This document shows positions 37,408 to 47,488 of a DNA stretch of 64,000 nt, piece by piece. Numbering within the stretch: position 1 is the stretch's first letter; each line of letters begins with the position of its first letter. The notes under the pieces are model-generated. The model worked only from the letters and a program-made list of their open reading frames with translations, searched no databases and was not told where the DNA came from. The stretch lies in assembly GCF_030696885.1 (NCBI RefSeq), contig NZ_JAUYRI010000017.1, positions 161,212-225,211 of the forward strand. The letters run 5' to 3'. A program made the translations under genes and the position numbers. Origin of the DNA: Thiobacillus sp. Its GTDB lineage: Bacteria; Pseudomonadota; Gammaproteobacteria; Burkholderiales; Thiobacillaceae.

Positions 37408-37983
37408 TCAAACCAGCGTCCTCACCTGCGCCAGCCGCGCACGCCGCGGCAGGCCGTCGGGCTGCTGGCGTTTCATGCTGCGCAGTTCGGCGGCGGGGTA
37501 AACGATGATTTCGACTGCCGCGCGCGGATCGTCGAGGAGAAAACGGGGATAGACGCGGCCCGGCGCGTCAGCGGCGCGGTATTCGGCAGCCTGATAGGGG
37601 GTGCCAAGCCGCATCAGCAGAAAATCGACCTCTTTTTGCTGGTCGGTGAAAAGCTGCAGGCTGATGCCGGTGTGGCGTCCGGCGGTGCCGTTGAGCACCG
37701 AGCCGGTCAGGTGCGGGTCGAAGTCGGCCAGCCGTTCCATGTATTCGATCGCGACCTGTCGCAACAGCGCCAGCTGCGTGCGGGTCTCGTCGGCCTGGTA
37801 AAGCGCCTGGTAGCTGCGCAGCGCCTCTTCGATCTGCTGGTTGTCGGGCAGGTTGCCGCTGTCGGGTGCGCCGAGTTGGCGCGCCGCCTTGCGCTTGGCG
37901 CTGCCATAGTCGAGGCTGCCGTCCTCGGCCAGGATGCGCGCCGCCGCATGCGCAATGCGGCGGCGCATGTCCTGGTGCTTCAT
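37408..37983 (-). CDS. conserved hypothetical protein (possible nucleotidyltransferase-like fold)
   Basis: RRRIAHAAARILAEDG..DYGSAKRKAARQLG; PHLTGSVLNGTAG. ATG overlaps the mrcA stop. Function unknown. Confidence 0.7.
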   Translation of the reverse strand: MKHQDMRRRIAHAAARILAEDGSLDYGSAKRKAARQLGAPDSGNLPDNQQIEEALRSYQALYQADETRTQLALLRQVAIEYMERLADFDPHLTGSVLNGTAGRHTGISLQLFTDQQKEVDFLLMRLGTPYQAAEYRAADAPGRVYPRFLLDDPRAAVEIIVYPAAELRSMKRQQPDGLPRRARLAQVRTLV

Positions 37984-40352
37984 GGCTGGGTGTCCCATGC
38001 GGAGGCGGCGGGCTCGACCGGTGCGGCGGGTGCGTCCGGCTCTCCCCAGTCGTTGACAGGGGCGTCGGGTGGCGGAAATTCCTGATAGAAGTATTCCGTC
38101 ATGGCGGGCGCGCCTTCGCCCAGCACGCTGTTCAGGAAGGTGTCCAACACCCCCTCGGGCTTGCGGGTGCCGGTGGCCGGGTCGATCTTGACCGAAATAA
38201 TGCCGGCCGGCATGTCCCAACCGCGTTGCGGCGCGCCCTTGAGGGCGGTGCCCATGAAATTCATCCAGATCGGCAGGGCCGACTGCGATCCGGTCTCGCG
38301 ACGTCCCATCGAGCGCGGCTGGTCGAAGCCCATCCAGGCGATCGCCACCAGATCGGGGTTGTAGCCGGCAAACCAGGTGTCGCGCGCGTCGTTGGTGGTG
38401 CCGGTCTTGCCGGCGATGTCCTTGCGGCCGAGCTGGCCAGCCTGGGCAGCGGTACCGCTGCGCGTCACGTCCTGCATCATGTTGGTCATCAACCAGGCGT
38501 TGCGCGGGTCGATCACGCGCGGCGCGTTGCTGCCCACCTGCTGCGGGCTGGCCTGCATCAGCAGACGGCCATCCTTGTCGTAGACCTTGTCGATCAGATA
38601 GGGGTTGACGCTGTAGCCGCCATTGGAAAACACGCCGTAGGCTGCAGCCATCTGGAGCGGGGTGACGCTGCCGGCGCCCAGCGCCATCGTGAGGTAGGGC
38701 GGATGGCGCGCCGGGTCGAAGCCGAAGCGGCGGATATAGTCGCGTGCGTAGTACGGGCCGATACCCTGCAGGATGCGCACCGACACCAGGTTGAGCGATT
38801 TGGTCAGCGCACTGCGCAGGCGCACCGGGCCGCTGGTGCTGCCGTCGTAGTTCTTGGGCTCCCAGAGGGTGCCGCCGGTTTCCTCCGCACTGATCGACAG
38901 CGGCGCGTCGTTGATCAATGTGGCCGGGGTATAGCCTTTTTCCAGCGCGGCGGAATAGATGAAGGGCTTGAAACTCGATCCCGGCTGCCGCCAGGCCTGC
39001 GTCACCCGATTGAATTTGTTGCGATTGAAGTCAAATCCGCCGACCAGCGCGGTAATGGCGCCGTCTTTTGAATTCAGCGCGACCAGCGCGGCCTCCACCT
39101 CGGGCAGCTGCGTCAAGCGCCATGCGGCCCCCACCGCCTGCACGCGCACCACGGCGCCGGGCCCGAGTTGTCGCCCCTTCTTGCCGGTGGTCCAGCCCGC
39201 CACCCAGCGCAGCGAGGCGTCGGCAATGTCCACGGTTTTGCCGTCCTGCAGCCGGGCCTGGATCAGCTTGGGTGACACGCTGGTCACGACGGCTGGCTCC
39301 ATGCCGCTGACCGGGCGCAGGTCTTCCAGCGCGCTGGCGATCGCCGTCTCGCGCTGGGTCTTGTCCGCGGGCAGGGTGATCTGTGCTTCCGGTCCGCGGT
39401 AGCCATAGCGCCGGTCGTAGTCGGCGATACCCTGCCAGACCGCGCGGTTGGCGGCGAGCTGCGCGCTGCGCTGCAGCGTGGTGACGGCCTTGAAGCCGGA
39501 GCTGTAGATGGCTTCGCCATATTTCTCGAACAGCGTCTGGCGCACCATTTCGGCGGCATGGTCGGCTGCGACCTCGGCTTGCGGGCGCGTCTGGCGGATC
39601 ACGAGCTTCTGTTTGACCGCTGCGGACCAGGTCGGCTGGTCGATGAATCTGAGCGTGCGCATGCGGCCCAGCACATATTCCTGCCGCGCCTTGGCGCGCG
39701 GGAAGTTGACCACCGGGTTGTAGCGCGAGGGCGCCTTGGGCAGCCCCGCCAGCATGGCGAACTCGGCCAGCGACAAGGCTTTCATCGGCTTGCCGAAGTA
39801 AGTGCGCGCTGCCGCCTCGAAGCCGTAGGCACGCTGGCCGAGATAAATCTGGTTGATATAGAGTTCGAGGATTTTGTCCTTCGACAGGTTGTGTTCGATT
39901 TTCATCGCCAGCATGGCTTCGGACAGCTTGCGGGTGAAGGTCTTTTCGTTCGACAGGAAGAAATTGCGCGCCACCTGCATGGTGATGGTGGAGGCGCCTT
40001 CCTTGGCGCCGCCGGACAGCAGGTTGGAGCCTGCCGCGCGCAGCACGCCGAGGGTATCGACGCCGCCGTGGGTGTAGAAGCGCTCGTCCTCGGCGGCGAT
40101 GATGGCCTGTTTCATGTAGTCCGGCACCTGCTCGATGGCGATGAAGGCGCGGCGCTCCTCGCCGAACTCGCCAATCAGCGCCCCATCGGCGGTGTAAACA
40201 CGCAACGGCAGCTTGGGCTTGTAATCGGTGAGTGACTCAAGCGGCGGCAGGTTGGGGTAAATCAGTGCGGCTGCCAGCCCGGCCAGCGCCGTGCTGACCA
40301 CGCCGAGGCTGACGATCAGCGCCAGCGCGTAGTGCCACCATTTTGAAAACAT
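37980..40352 (-). CDS. mrcA: penicillin-binding protein 1A
   Basis: AEDERF; GASTITMQVARN; transpeptidase motifs SSFK, SLN and KTGT; divergent from pilM. Confidence 0.96.
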   Translation of the reverse strand: MFSKWWHYALALIVSLGVVSTALAGLAAALIYPNLPPLESLTDYKPKLPLRVYTADGALIGEFGEERRAFIAIEQVPDYMKQAIIAAEDERFYTHGGVDTLGVLRAAGSNLLSGGAKEGASTITMQVARNFFLSNEKTFTRKLSEAMLAMKIEHNLSKDKILELYINQIYLGQRAYGFEAAARTYFGKPMKALSLAEFAMLAGLPKAPSRYNPVVNFPRAKARQEYVLGRMRTLRFIDQPTWSAAVKQKLVIRQTRPQAEVAADHAAEMVRQTLFEKYGEAIYSSGFKAVTTLQRSAQLAANRAVWQGIADYDRRYGYRGPEAQITLPADKTQRETAIASALEDLRPVSGMEPAVVTSVSPKLIQARLQDGKTVDIADASLRWVAGWTTGKKGRQLGPGAVVRVQAVGAAWRLTQLPEVEAALVALNSKDGAITALVGGFDFNRNKFNRVTQAWRQPGSSFKPFIYSAALEKGYTPATLINDAPLSISAEETGGTLWEPKNYDGSTSGPVRLRSALTKSLNLVSVRILQGIGPYYARDYIRRFGFDPARHPPYLTMALGAGSVTPLQMAAAYGVFSNGGYSVNPYLIDKVYDKDGRLLMQASPQQVGSNAPRVIDPRNAWLMTNMMQDVTRSGTAAQAGQLGRKDIAGKTGTTNDARDTWFAGYNPDLVAIAWMGFDQPRSMGRRETGSQSALPIWMNFMGTALKGAPQRGWDMPAGIISVKIDPATGTRKPEGVLDTFLNSVLGEGAPAMTEYFYQEFPPPDAPVNDWGEPDAPAAPVEPAASAWDTQP

Positions 40353-40545
40353 CCCGTTCCTTAATTCAAAAGTGTGCCTAAAGTTTCCGACGATTATAGG
40401 CGTTAGTGGTGTTGGAAATTGGACACATGTGTTCAACTCTTGCGGTGTGGTGAGAAAAAAACTGTTAAAAACCGTGTGTTGTTGCTAGCATCTAAAAAAG
40501 ATAACAACAAAAAGCGCCAACTCACAGAAGCGTAAAGGAAAACTC

Positions 40546-41634
40546 TTGCACCTGAATATTAATCTGGACTGGCTCTCTGCCAAAGGCCTGCCCATCCTGG
40601 GGCTCGATATCAGCACGACCGCGGTCAAGTTGGTGGAGCTGTCCGATGCCGGCAAGGGCATGCTGAGGGTGGAGCGCTATGTGATTGAGCCCTTGCCCAA
40701 GGATGCGGTGACGGACGGCAACATCGCCAATCTCGATCAGGTCGCCGACACCTTGCGCACCGCATGGAAGAACATGAACACGCGGACCCGGAACGTGGCG
40801 CTGGCGCTGCCGTCCTCCGCGGTCATCACCAAAAAGATTCTGGCGCCGGCCAGCCTCAGCGGTCTCGACCTGGAAAACCAGGTGGAGGCCGAGGCCAATC
40901 AGGTTATTCCCTTCTCGCTCGACGAGGTGAATCTGGATTTTCAGGTGCTCGGCGAATCGCCTGCCAGCCCGGACGATGTGCAGATCCTGCTCGCCGCCGC
41001 ACGCAAGGAAAAGGTCGAGGACCGCGTCGCCGCCGTGGAGGCTGCCGGTCTCAAGGCGCTGGTGATGGATGTCGAATCCTTTGCGACCCAGACCGCCTAC
41101 GAGCAGATCGCGCATCAATTGCCCAACAGCGGCGACGGCCAGACCGTGGCGATCATCGATGTGGGCGCGCAAAACATGCACATCAACATCCTCAACAACA
41201 ACGAGTCGGTGTATCTGCGCGAACACGGCTTCGGCGGCAACCAGCTCAACAATGAAATTTCGCGCCGCTACGGCATGACCAGCGAAGAAGCCGAAAATGC
41301 CAAGCGCCGCGGCACGCTGCCGGAAAGCTATGACGTCGAGGTGCTGCAGCCCTACAGCGAGACGCTGGCGATGGAAATCGGCCGCGCCCTGCAACTGTTC
41401 ACCACATCCACCCAGTACCGCAAGGTCGATCAGATCCTGCTGGCCGGTGGGGGCGCCATGATTCCGGGTATCGATGAGGTCGTCGCCCAGCGCACCGGCA
41501 CGCCGGCCATGGTCGTCAACCCGTTTGCCAGCATGGCAGTCGGTTCCAAGATCCGGCCGCAGGCGTTGACCGCCGACGCGCCTTCCCTGTTTGTCGCCTG
41601 CGGCCTTGCCATGCGGAGGTTTGACCCCCAATGA
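40546..41634 (+). CDS. pilM: type IV pilus assembly protein PilM
   Basis: LGLDISTTAVKLVEL; EANQVIPF; IIDVG; LLAGGGA; ACGLAMR. Confidence 0.95.
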   Translation: MHLNINLDWLSAKGLPILGLDISTTAVKLVELSDAGKGMLRVERYVIEPLPKDAVTDGNIANLDQVADTLRTAWKNMNTRTRNVALALPSSAVITKKILAPASLSGLDLENQVEAEANQVIPFSLDEVNLDFQVLGESPASPDDVQILLAAARKEKVEDRVAAVEAAGLKALVMDVESFATQTAYEQIAHQLPNSGDGQTVAIIDVGAQNMHINILNNNESVYLREHGFGGNQLNNEISRRYGMTSEEAENAKRRGTLPESYDVEVLQPYSETLAMEIGRALQLFTTSTQYRKVDQILLAGGGAMIPGIDEVVAQRTGTPAMVVNPFASMAVGSKIRPQALTADAPSLFVACGLAMRRFDPQ

Positions 41635-42209
41635 TCCGCATTAACCTGCTCCCCCACCGTGAACTGGCACGCGCCGCGCGCCGGCGTCAGTTCAATATTC
41701 TGCTCGGCATTGCTGTCGTCGCCGGCGTGGTTGCTGTCGTGATCGGGCACAGCCTGATCGCGGCGCGTCAGTCCACGCAGGAGGCACGCAATGCCTTCCT
41801 CGAACAGGAAATTGCCCGCCTCGACAGCCAGATCGGCGAAATCAAGAAAATACGCGAGCAGACCCAGGCGCTGCTGGAACGCAAGCAGGTCGTCGAGACG
41901 CTGCAATCCAACCGGACCGAAGTCGTTCATCTGTTCGACCAGATGATCCGCCTGCTGCCCGAGGGTCTGTATCTCAAATCGTTCAAGCAGGACGGCCGGG
42001 TGATCACCCTCACTGGCTACACCCAGTCAAGCGCGCGCGTCTCCACACTGATGCGCAATCTGGAGAGTTCGCCCTGGTTTGAATCGGCCGGATTGGTCGA
42101 AATCAAGGCGGTCACGGTGAACAATCTGCGTGCCAACGAATTCGTGCTGACGGTCAGGCAGATCCAGCAGCAAACCGATGACGCGAACAAGGAAGGGGGC
42201 AAGGCATGA
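41631..42209 (+). CDS. pilN: type IV pilus assembly protein PilN
   Basis: MIRINLLPHRE; RVSTLMRNL. Confidence 0.95.
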   Translation: MIRINLLPHRELARAARRRQFNILLGIAVVAGVVAVVIGHSLIAARQSTQEARNAFLEQEIARLDSQIGEIKKIREQTQALLERKQVVETLQSNRTEVVHLFDQMIRLLPEGLYLKSFKQDGRVITLTGYTQSSARVSTLMRNLESSPWFESAGLVEIKAVTVNNLRANEFVLTVRQIQQQTDDANKEGGKA

Positions 42210-42826
42210 CCCTTGACGAACTCAACAAGCTGGATCTGAAAACGCTGGCCGACTGGCCGTTGCCGACCAAGCTGGTGGCGCTGGTGGTGCTTTTCGTGGC
42301 GATCGTGGCGGCAGGCTGGTGGTTTGACTGGCGCGGCGGCATGGAGACCCTGGACGCATCCAAGCAGAAGGAAACCGAGTTGCGCAGCGTATTTGCGACC
42401 AAGAAGAATCAGGCCGTCAATCTGGAAGCGTATACCAAGCAGCTGGCCGACATCGAGCAGGCCTTCGGCGCGCTGTTGAAGCAACTGCCCAACAAGCAGG
42501 AAATGGATGCGCTGATCACCGATGTCAACCAGGCCGGTCTGGGACGCGGCCTGCAGTTTGACCTGTTCAGGCCGGATGCCGAAGCCGTGACCGAGTTCTA
42601 TGCCGAGACGCCCATCACCGTTAAGGTTACCGGCGGTTATCACGACATCGCCGCCTTCGTCAGCGACGTCTCCAAGCTGTCGCGTATCGTGACTTTGCAG
42701 AATATCTCCCTGGCACCGGCCAAGGAGGGTGTGCTCAATATGGATGCGGTCGTCAAAACCTACCGTTACCTGGACGACGAAGAAGTCATCGCCCGCAAGC
42801 AGCAAACCAAGGAGCAGCCAAAATGA
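42206..42826 (+). CDS. pilO: type IV pilus assembly protein PilO
   Basis: LLKQLPNKQEMDALITDV; FYAETPI; GGYHDIAAF. Confidence 0.95.
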   Translation: MTLDELNKLDLKTLADWPLPTKLVALVVLFVAIVAAGWWFDWRGGMETLDASKQKETELRSVFATKKNQAVNLEAYTKQLADIEQAFGALLKQLPNKQEMDALITDVNQAGLGRGLQFDLFRPDAEAVTEFYAETPITVKVTGGYHDIAAFVSDVSKLSRIVTLQNISLAPAKEGVLNMDAVVKTYRYLDDEEVIARKQQTKEQPK

Positions 42827-43320
42827 AGCGACTGCCCACTTTAGTTCTCGTGCTGGGGCTGGCAGGTTGCGGCGGCGGCAACATGCAGGACCTGCAAACC
42901 TTCGTCGCCGAAACCGGCAAGGACATGCAAGGCAAGATCGAGCCGCTGCCGGAAGTCAAGGTGTACGAACCATTCAGCTATAACGCCTTTGACCTGCCCG
43001 ACCCGTTCAAGCCGAGAAAACTCTCGACCGGAGGCGGCGGCGGTATGCAGCCCGACTTCAATCGTCCGAAGGAGCCGCTGGAGTCTTTCTCCCTTGAGAC
43101 CTTGAAAATGGTCGGCATGCTGTCCAAACAAGGCGTGATTCATGCCGTGATCAAAACGCCGGACAACGCGATCTACCACGTTAAAAAGGGCAACTATGCA
43201 GGCCAGAACTTTGGCCTCATCACACAGATCACCGACAGCGAGGTGAGTCTGCGTGAGATTGTCCAGGATAGCGCCGGGGACTGGTCCGAGCGCACCAGCG
43301 CCCTGATTCTGCAGGAATGA
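42823..43320 (+). CDS. pilP: type IV pilus lipoprotein PilP
   Basis: Lipobox LAGC; DPF; KEPLESFSL; NYAGQNFG. Confidence 0.95.
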   Translation: MKRLPTLVLVLGLAGCGGGNMQDLQTFVAETGKDMQGKIEPLPEVKVYEPFSYNAFDLPDPFKPRKLSTGGGGGMQPDFNRPKEPLESFSLETLKMVGMLSKQGVIHAVIKTPDNAIYHVKKGNYAGQNFGLITQITDSEVSLREIVQDSAGDWSERTSALILQE

Positions 43321-43350
43321 TTCGTAGCACTGAATTTTAAAGAGGCTGAC

Positions 43351-45591
43351 ATGAACGCATTGCCCAAAATCACAGTTCGTAGCATTGCCCGGGACATGAC
43401 CCGTTACCTGTTTGGAGCCACGCTCCTGACCGGGCTGATGCTGTCTTATTCAGTGCGCGCCGCCGACCTGCCGCCGACCGCAAACACGGTGCAGCAGGTC
43501 GAGACCACGACGTTACCGGGCGGCAAGGTGGTCGTCCGCGTCACGCTCAAGAATGCGCTGACCGCCACCCCTGCCGGCTTCAGCGTCGGCAACCCGCCGC
43601 GCATCGCGCTGGACCTGCCGAACACCGGCAATGCACTGGGGCGCAATACGGTCGAATCCAACCTGGGCCCGCTGTCGAGCGTCAACGTGGTGCAGGCGGG
43701 CACACGCACGCGTCTGGTGCTGAACCTGAACAAGTCGGTCGAGTACGACACCACCCTTGACGGCAAACAATTGCTGATCGCACTGGGCGATGTCGGCGCA
43801 GGCACCGCGCCAGTCAATGCCAGCCCGCGCTTTGCCGAGGCAACGCCCGGCGCCGCACGCCACAGCATTCGCGATGTCGACTTCCGGCGCGGCGCGACCG
43901 GCGAGGGTCGCATCGTGACGACGCTTTCCGACGCGCAGGCGGGCATCAATATTCGCCAGCAGGCCAATGGCGTGGTCGTCGATTTCATCGGCACCGAGTT
44001 GCCCAGAGCCTTGCAGCGTCGCCTCGACGTGGCTGACTTCGGTACGCCGGTGCAGTTTATCGAGACCTACACGCTCGGCAACAACACCCGGATGGTGATC
44101 CAGCCCAAGGGCGGCTGGGAATACGCGGCCTATCAGGCGGACAACAGCTTTATTGTCGAAGTGAAGCAGAGCGATGACGCGCAGAAGAAAACCGCAGACG
44201 GCCGGGTGAAATATGTGGGCGAGAAACTCTCGCTCAATTTCCAGAACGTCGAGGTGCGCTCGGTGCTTCAGGTCATCGCCGATTTCACCGGCCTCAATAT
44301 TGTTGCAAGCGACACGGTGACCGGCAATCTGACTCTGCGCCTGAAAGACGTGCCATGGGATCAGGCACTCGATCTCATCATGCAAACCCGTGGGCTCGAC
44401 AAGCGCCAGAACGGCAATGTGGTCTGGATTGCGCCCAAGGACGAATTGCTGACTAAAGAGAAACTCGAGTTCGAGGCCAGGTCGGCCGTGGCGGATCTGG
44501 AGCCTTTGACGACGGACTATATTCAGCTCAATTACATGCGGGCGGATGAAGCAAAATCCATGTTGTATGGCGCCGCCGGGACGGCCCAGAACGCTGCGGG
44601 TGATGCAGTGAACTGTTCGGCTCAGGCGCAGGGTTTAAGTGGGACGGCAGCCCAGGCCTCGCAGCAGACGGGAGGGGATGCAGACCAGAAAGTCCTGACC
44701 AAACGGGGGCGGGCGACGTTTGAACTCAAAACGAATACGCTGATCGTTACCGATACCGCACGCAAGATTCAGGACGTTCGTGAACTCCTCGCGCGTCTCG
44801 ATGTGCCTGCACGTCAAGTCATGATCGAGGCACGGGTTGTGATTGCAGACAGCAACTGGAGTCGGGATCTGGGCGTTCGTCTTGGCACCCGACTGTTCAA
44901 GGATATAGGTCGGGAAAGAGTTGGGGTTGGCGGCACACTGAACGAATCCGCCAGTATTGCTGCGGGAGGGTCACCGACGGTCACGCCTCAAGTCAATCTG
45001 GGCGTTGCAAATGCGGTGGGACAGATTGCCTTGTCATTGCTGAACCCCAATAACGGCAACTTGCTAAGCCTGGAACTGACTGCGATGGAGGCTGATAACC
45101 GCGGCAAGATTTTGTCGAACCCGCGTGTGATGACGACGAATCAGAAGCCGGCAGTGATACTGAACGGTACGCAGATCCCCTTTGTGACGCCCGGATCTGC
45201 CAACGCACCTGCTACCGTGTCTTTCAAGGATGTGTTCCTTTGCCTGCTGGTTGATCCGCAAATCCTGAATAACGATTCGCTGATCATGACTGTGGAAGTG
45301 CAGAAGGACGCACAGGATGCAGGCGGGAGTGTGACGACAGGCGGCTTCACGGTTCCCGCAATTGCGACCCGCCGCATCAAAACCCAGGTTCGGGTGAACA
45401 ACGGTGAAACCCTGGTGTTGGGCGGCATCTTCGACCAGACCGAATTGAATAACGTCAATAAGGTGCCATTCCTCGGCGATGTGCCATTCCTCGGCAACCT
45501 GTTCAAGCAAACATCGAAGCAGGACCAGAAGACTGAACTGATCGTGTTCATTACGCCGCGCATCCTCGACGAGCGCCTGACGCTGCGCTGA
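43351..45591 (+). CDS. pilQ: type IV pilus secretin PilQ
   Basis: AMIN domains; SLNFQNVEVR; QVMIEARVV; VPFLGDVPFLGNLFK; ELIVFITPRI. Confidence 0.96.
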   Translation: MNALPKITVRSIARDMTRYLFGATLLTGLMLSYSVRAADLPPTANTVQQVETTTLPGGKVVVRVTLKNALTATPAGFSVGNPPRIALDLPNTGNALGRNTVESNLGPLSSVNVVQAGTRTRLVLNLNKSVEYDTTLDGKQLLIALGDVGAGTAPVNASPRFAEATPGAARHSIRDVDFRRGATGEGRIVTTLSDAQAGINIRQQANGVVVDFIGTELPRALQRRLDVADFGTPVQFIETYTLGNNTRMVIQPKGGWEYAAYQADNSFIVEVKQSDDAQKKTADGRVKYVGEKLSLNFQNVEVRSVLQVIADFTGLNIVASDTVTGNLTLRLKDVPWDQALDLIMQTRGLDKRQNGNVVWIAPKDELLTKEKLEFEARSAVADLEPLTTDYIQLNYMRADEAKSMLYGAAGTAQNAAGDAVNCSAQAQGLSGTAAQASQQTGGDADQKVLTKRGRATFELKTNTLIVTDTARKIQDVRELLARLDVPARQVMIEARVVIADSNWSRDLGVRLGTRLFKDIGRERVGVGGTLNESASIAAGGSPTVTPQVNLGVANAVGQIALSLLNPNNGNLLSLELTAMEADNRGKILSNPRVMTTNQKPAVILNGTQIPFVTPGSANAPATVSFKDVFLCLLVDPQILNNDSLIMTVEVQKDAQDAGGSVTTGGFTVPAIATRRIKTQVRVNNGETLVLGGIFDQTELNNVNKVPFLGDVPFLGNLFKQTSKQDQKTELIVFITPRILDERLTLR

Positions 45592-45605
45592 TCGCGGCAG
45601 ATCGT

Positions 45606-45636
45606 AAAAAGCGCGGGCGTGTCCCGCGCTTTTTTT
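45606..45636. terminator. intrinsic terminator after pilQ
   Basis: AAAAAGCGCGGG-N5-CCCGCGCTTTTTT. Confidence 0.85.
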
Positions 45637-45686
45637 CGTCTGCCGCTTGCCGCGCCCAGCCGGCTTCCCTCCATTAGAATGGCGCC

Positions 45687-46235
45687 ATGAGCAAGCGCGA
45701 CAATCTTTACCTCGTCGGCCTGATGGGAGCCGGCAAGACCACGGTGGGCCGGCTTCTGGCCCGGCACTATGGGTGCACGTTCCATGATTCGGACCATGAG
45801 ATCGAGGCACGCACCGGGGTCAAGATTCCGGTCATCTTCGAAATCGAGGGTGAAGCGGGATTCCGCCGCCGCGAGGAGACGGCGATTGCCGAGTTGACGG
45901 CGTTGTCCGGAATCGTGCTGGCCACCGGCGGGGGCGTGGTGTTGTCGGCGGCCAACCGCGAACGCCTGAAGCAAAGCGGCGTGGTCATTTATTTGCGCGG
46001 TACGCCCGAACACCTGTACGAGCGCACGCGGCATGACCGCAACCGTCCCTTGCTGCAAACGGACAACCCGCTCGACACCTTGCGCGAGCTGTATCGCCAG
46101 CGCGATCCGCTGTATCGCGAGATTGCCGACATTGTGGTCGACACCGGGCGGCAGAGCGTGTCCGGCATGACGCGCGTGCTGTGCGGCAAGCTGGATCTGT
46201 TGCGCAGCGGGCTGCCCGTGACTGGCACGGAGTGA
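45687..46235 (+). CDS. aroK: shikimate kinase
   Basis: GLMGAGKTTVGR; EGEAGFR; ATGGG; RPLL. Confidence 0.96.
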   Translation: MSKRDNLYLVGLMGAGKTTVGRLLARHYGCTFHDSDHEIEARTGVKIPVIFEIEGEAGFRRREETAIAELTALSGIVLATGGGVVLSAANRERLKQSGVVIYLRGTPEHLYERTRHDRNRPLLQTDNPLDTLRELYRQRDPLYREIADIVVDTGRQSVSGMTRVLCGKLDLLRSGLPVTGTE

Positions 46236-46237
46236 GC

Positions 46238-47488
46238 ATGCTGCGTCTGGCCTGCGCAGGGATGCTGTGCATGCTGGCCGACGGCGTCGCGGCGGCGGAA
46301 TATCGGGCGGGGGCGGACGATTATCGTGAGCACCTGCGTCGCCTGCAGCCGGGAGATCGGTTGCTGCTGGCGCCGGGCGATTATCTGCAGGGCTTGCCGC
46401 TGCACCATCTTTCCGGGCAGGCCGGCGAGCCGATCGTCATCGAAGCGGCTGACCCTGCCGCGCCGCCCCGCTTCATCGCGCGGCCGCGCGCCAATACCGT
46501 CAGCCTGATCAATGTGCGTCATCTGGTGGTGCGTCATCTGGTGCTCGATGGCCGCAACCTGCCGGTCGATGCGGTCAAGGCCGAAGGCCACAGCCGCTAT
46601 GCCGACTTCATCACGCTGGAACATCTGCATATCCATGACCATGCCGCGTCGCAGCAGAATGTGGGCATTTCCACCAAATGCCCGGCGTACGGCTGGGTGG
46701 TCCGCAACAACCGCATCGAGCGTGTCGGCACTGGCATGTATTTCGGCGATTCGGACGGCAGCGATCCCTTCGTCGGCGGCCTCATCGAGGGCAATCACGT
46801 CAGCGCGACGCTGGGCTACAACCTGCAGATCAAGCACCAGACCGGACGTACACCGGAATACGCGGGCCGCCACGACACGCTGATTCGCCACAACGTATTT
46901 TCCAAGCAGGACACCACGCCCGGCCCGCTCGCGCGTCCCAACGTCCTGCTCGGCCATGTCCCAGTTTCGGGCCCGGGCAGCGAGGATCGCTATCTGGTCT
47001 ACGGCAACCTGTTTCTGCACAATCCGAGCGAAGCGCTGCTGCAGGCAGAGGGGCGAGTGGCGGTGTACGACAATGTGTTCATCAACGGCGGCGGCGATGC
47101 GATTCGCATCCAGCCGCACAACGACGTGCCGCGCGAGATGATGATTTTCTCCAATACGGTGCTGGCATCGGGCACCGGCATCCAGGTGCGGCAGCGCGAG
47201 GGCACGGCGTATCGACAGCGTGTGGTCATGAATCTGATTGCCGCGGCCACGCCTATCCTGGGCGGTGAGGCGGCCCACAACCTTTCCCTGGCTTATCAGC
47301 ACGATCTGTTGCCTGTCGCCCCGGCCAGGCTGACGCAGCGCCTGTTGGCGCGCGGCCAGGCAGGGCCGCACGCCCCGGCGCCGCTGATGCACGAACTGGC
47401 AGCCTATCCCGATTGGCAACGCAGCTCGCGTCCCGGCGCACACATGACTTCCGCCTTGCTGCCCGCGCCTAACGCGGCAACGCCCTGA
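46238..47488 (+). CDS. secreted right-handed beta-helix (pectin lyase-like) protein
   Basis: Signal peptide; LQPGDRLLLAPGDY; repeated strands VRNNRI / IEGNHV / IRHNVF / VYGNLF / VYDNVF / IFSNTV. Confidence 0.75.
   Translation: MLRLACAGMLCMLADGVAAAEYRAGADDYREHLRRLQPGDRLLLAPGDYLQGLPLHHLSGQAGEPIVIEAADPAAPPRFIARPRANTVSLINVRHLVVRHLVLDGRNLPVDAVKAEGHSRYADFITLEHLHIHDHAASQQNVGISTKCPAYGWVVRNNRIERVGTGMYFGDSDGSDPFVGGLIEGNHVSATLGYNLQIKHQTGRTPEYAGRHDTLIRHNVFSKQDTTPGPLARPNVLLGHVPVSGPGSEDRYLVYGNLFLHNPSEALLQAEGRVAVYDNVFINGGGDAIRIQPHNDVPREMMIFSNTVLASGTGIQVRQREGTAYRQRVVMNLIAAATPILGGEAAHNLSLAYQHDLLPVAPARLTQRLLARGQAGPHAPAPLMHELAAYPDWQRSSRPGAHMTSALLPAPNAATP

Noticed and set aside
40377-40435. UAS-like CCTAAAGTTTCCGACG and sigma54-like TGGACACATGTGTTCA in the mrcA/pilM spacer
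   Set aside because: Both are one base out of register, and the obligatory -12 GC is missing.
45463-45495. 15-nt direct repeat in pilQ
   Set aside because: Encodes the normal secretin VPFLGDVPFLGN motif.
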